Shown: piece by piece, positions 61,847 to 64,000 of the stretch
Position numbering within the stretch: the stretch's first letter is position 1
Layout of the letters: each line of letters begins with the position of its first letter
Source of the DNA: Fimicolochytrium jonesii
Taxonomy: Eukaryota
Direction of reading: 5' to 3'
Length of the DNA: 64,000 bases
Assembly: GCF_025526975.1 (NCBI RefSeq)
Contig: NW_026515690.1
Span: forward strand, 248,001 to 312,000
The notes under the pieces: generated by a model
Seen by the model: only the letters and a program-made list of their open reading frames with translations
Databases searched by the model: none
What the model was told of the DNA's origin: nothing
Position numbers and translations under genes: made by a program

Positions 61847-64000
61847 TCACACAGGATCCGGCCTCGGCTTCTTAACCTTCCTCCCACTCCTCGTCAACAC
61901 CGTCGCCTCATTCCCTTCATTCATCTCGGGCGTACGTTCCCTCCTCCTCCCCTTCTCCTCCGTCTTCTTCCTCGCACTATCCGCAGCCGCCGCCCCACTC
62001 GTCCGTCTAGGCGTCGTGGCCACTTTCCGGTTGACCCCGATCTCCGGCGTCTTTTCCCTCGACTTGGTGGCGGCGCTCGATCGCCGACGTGAAGGTGTGT
62101 TGGCCGCCGAAGCGGTGTCCTCGTGTTCGGGATCTTTTCTGGAGGCTTGTCGTGCGCTGCGGCGTGTGGGGGTGTATGCGAGGTCGAGGTCGGGGGTTTT
62201 GGGGCGGTTGGTGGTGGGGTGGTGGTTTGTTGTTGCGCGGGTGGTGCGTTTTGGTGGGGTTGTTTGCGGGTGTGGTTTGACGTTCTCAGGGGACGAGGAG
62301 GAGGGGGAGGTGGGGGGTTCCAATTTGGTGCGCGGGGACGGGACGGTGTCCTGCGACGTGCCGACTAGTGGCCCGCTGGGCGAGGAGTGGAGGTCGGCGG
62401 GCTTTCCGGCTGCGTTGTTTTCACGTTTCACAACTGTCTCTTCTTTCACTTCTGCCCTTTTCGCATCCTCGTCCCTCTTCACCTCCACTTTCACCTCCTC
62501 CTCCTTCTCGTCCTTCACACTCCTAGTCCTCGGCCGCTTCTCACCCGCCATAACATCCTCCTCCTCCTTCACCGCCTTCCGCTTCCGATTCGGCGTGACG
62601 ACCGTATCCCCGCGCCTAAAACTCGGTCTCGACACGGGAGACAACGGCGGCGCGTGGTTACGGATCCACGGGTGATCGAGGGCTTGGTGGACGGTGAGGC
62701 GCTTGCTGGGGTCGACTGTTAGAAGGCCTTTTATAAGGTCGATTGCTGCGTGCGAGAATGGGGGTTACGTGAGAATGGAGTGTCATTCAGGTGTTTAAAA
62801 ATGAAGAGGGACGTTACCATCACGGGAGATTTTATCCCACCACGGACTCCGGAACTCGTATTTGCCTTGTCGGATTTGATCGGCCATGGGAGGTGGGGCG
62901 AGCTCTTCGCTGAACGGTGGGAATCCACACAAACTGCCAATAGAGAAGGAGGTGAGAACCCCGGACGCAATCGCAAACTCTTCCGGTGCCGCCCGCATAC
63001 CATATGTACAATACAACCCCACAACTCCACAAATCCACCGCCTTGGTGTACTTCCGCCCGTTCTTCCTCATATCCAGCACCTCGGGCGCCACGTAATTCG
63101 GGGTCCCGCACAGCGTGCCCATGAAGGAGGTCTCGCTGGCGAGTTTCGCGAGGCCGAAATCGGAGATTTTTATGGTAATGTGCTCGGTGGACTCGGTGAA
63201 GGGGTCCGCGAGGAGGATGTTTTCGGGCTTGAGGTCGCGGTGGGAGATGTCGCGCTCGTGGAGATACTGGGGATTGAAGTGATGGAGTTAGTGGTGATTG
63301 GCTGAGGGATGCTGTGCGTGTGGGTACAAACTTTTAGGGCTTCGAAAAGTTGTCGCATCATCTCCCTCGTCATGTCCTCGGAGAACTTTTGTCGTGCAAT
63401 GATGGCGTCGAAGAGTTCTCCTCCTCGTACGCTGCCGAAGGCCAAGTCTGTAGGTCAGCATATTGTATTCACTTCACAGCTGCACTTGAGTAAAGCCGGC
63501 ACTTTAAACTCACAGCTCGAGCACAATATAAACAAACTCCTCTTCCCAAAAGGCGCCCAGAATGGAGATGACATTCGGCTACAGCATCGAAGAAAAGAAC
63601 ATGTCAATAGGCGAACGTCAAGATTGCATCACCTTCAAGAGAACACGTAGCGTACATGATCAAGTCCCATCAGAATGGAAATCTCCTGTTTCAAGTTCTC
63701 GAGAAACTTTGGCTTGAACTGGATCAGGCTCTTTGCGATACATTTGATGGCGACCTTTTCGCCTGTCTCTCGGTCGGTGGCGAGCTTCACCGTGGCGAAG
63801 TTTCCGCTGAGAAGGGACGGCGTCAACGTGGCGTGACAAAACGATCGACGTCTAACTCTCGACACTTACGTTCCGAGCTCCTTCCCAAAATGGTATTTCT
63901 TATGGATCCCCTATGCGAGAGAAGCAGATATTATTAGACACTTTGGTCATTGGGTAGCCTCGTGCACGACAGGAACTTACCCCAGAGTTGGCGTTCGAAG
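61847..64000 (-). CDS. Chk2/Cds1/Dun1-like CAMK-group kinase, 5' part beyond the window
   Basis: Spliced exons: ELG.GNFATVKLA..VAIK, GGELFD, YLHERDISHRDLKPENIL, ISDFGLAK..TLCGTPNYVAPEVL, AVDLWSCGVVLYI, GFPPFSEE..DQI, LDHPWI. No FHA domain is visible in the window. Confidence 0.85.

Overview
Eukaryotic nuclear DNA with short GT-AG introns and no prokaryotic features (no operons, CRISPR, rRNA or tRNA seen). Fungal genes (GPI-type chitin deacetylase, hybrid histidine kinase) sit beside ciliary genes (B9D1, FAM166/CIMIP2), which points to a zoosporic fungus, probably a chytrid (inference). The left part (~1-37 kb) is gene-sparse. It holds a frameshifted kinase, a membrane-anchored hybrid His kinase, a ~1327-aa Thr-rich surface protein with an integrin-beta-like double NPxY tail, a C2H2 transcription factor, several pseudogenes and hAT/Copia remnants. 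The right part (~38-64 kb) is dense with conserved genes: an RRM-RGG-RRM protein, chitin deacetylase, FAM166, ADE8, SFSWAP, B9D1, TPA1, TAF11, CAP/SRV2, a PH protein and a partial Chk2-like kinase. Best leads: (1) the NPxY-x8-NPxY mucin-like receptor; (2) a shared sequence element in the sense strand of unusually long introns of three unrelated housekeeping genes; (3) a candidate poison exon in SFSWAP intron 1; (4) a 7-nt microexon in FAM166. All exon models and family assignments were made by eye, without database searches.
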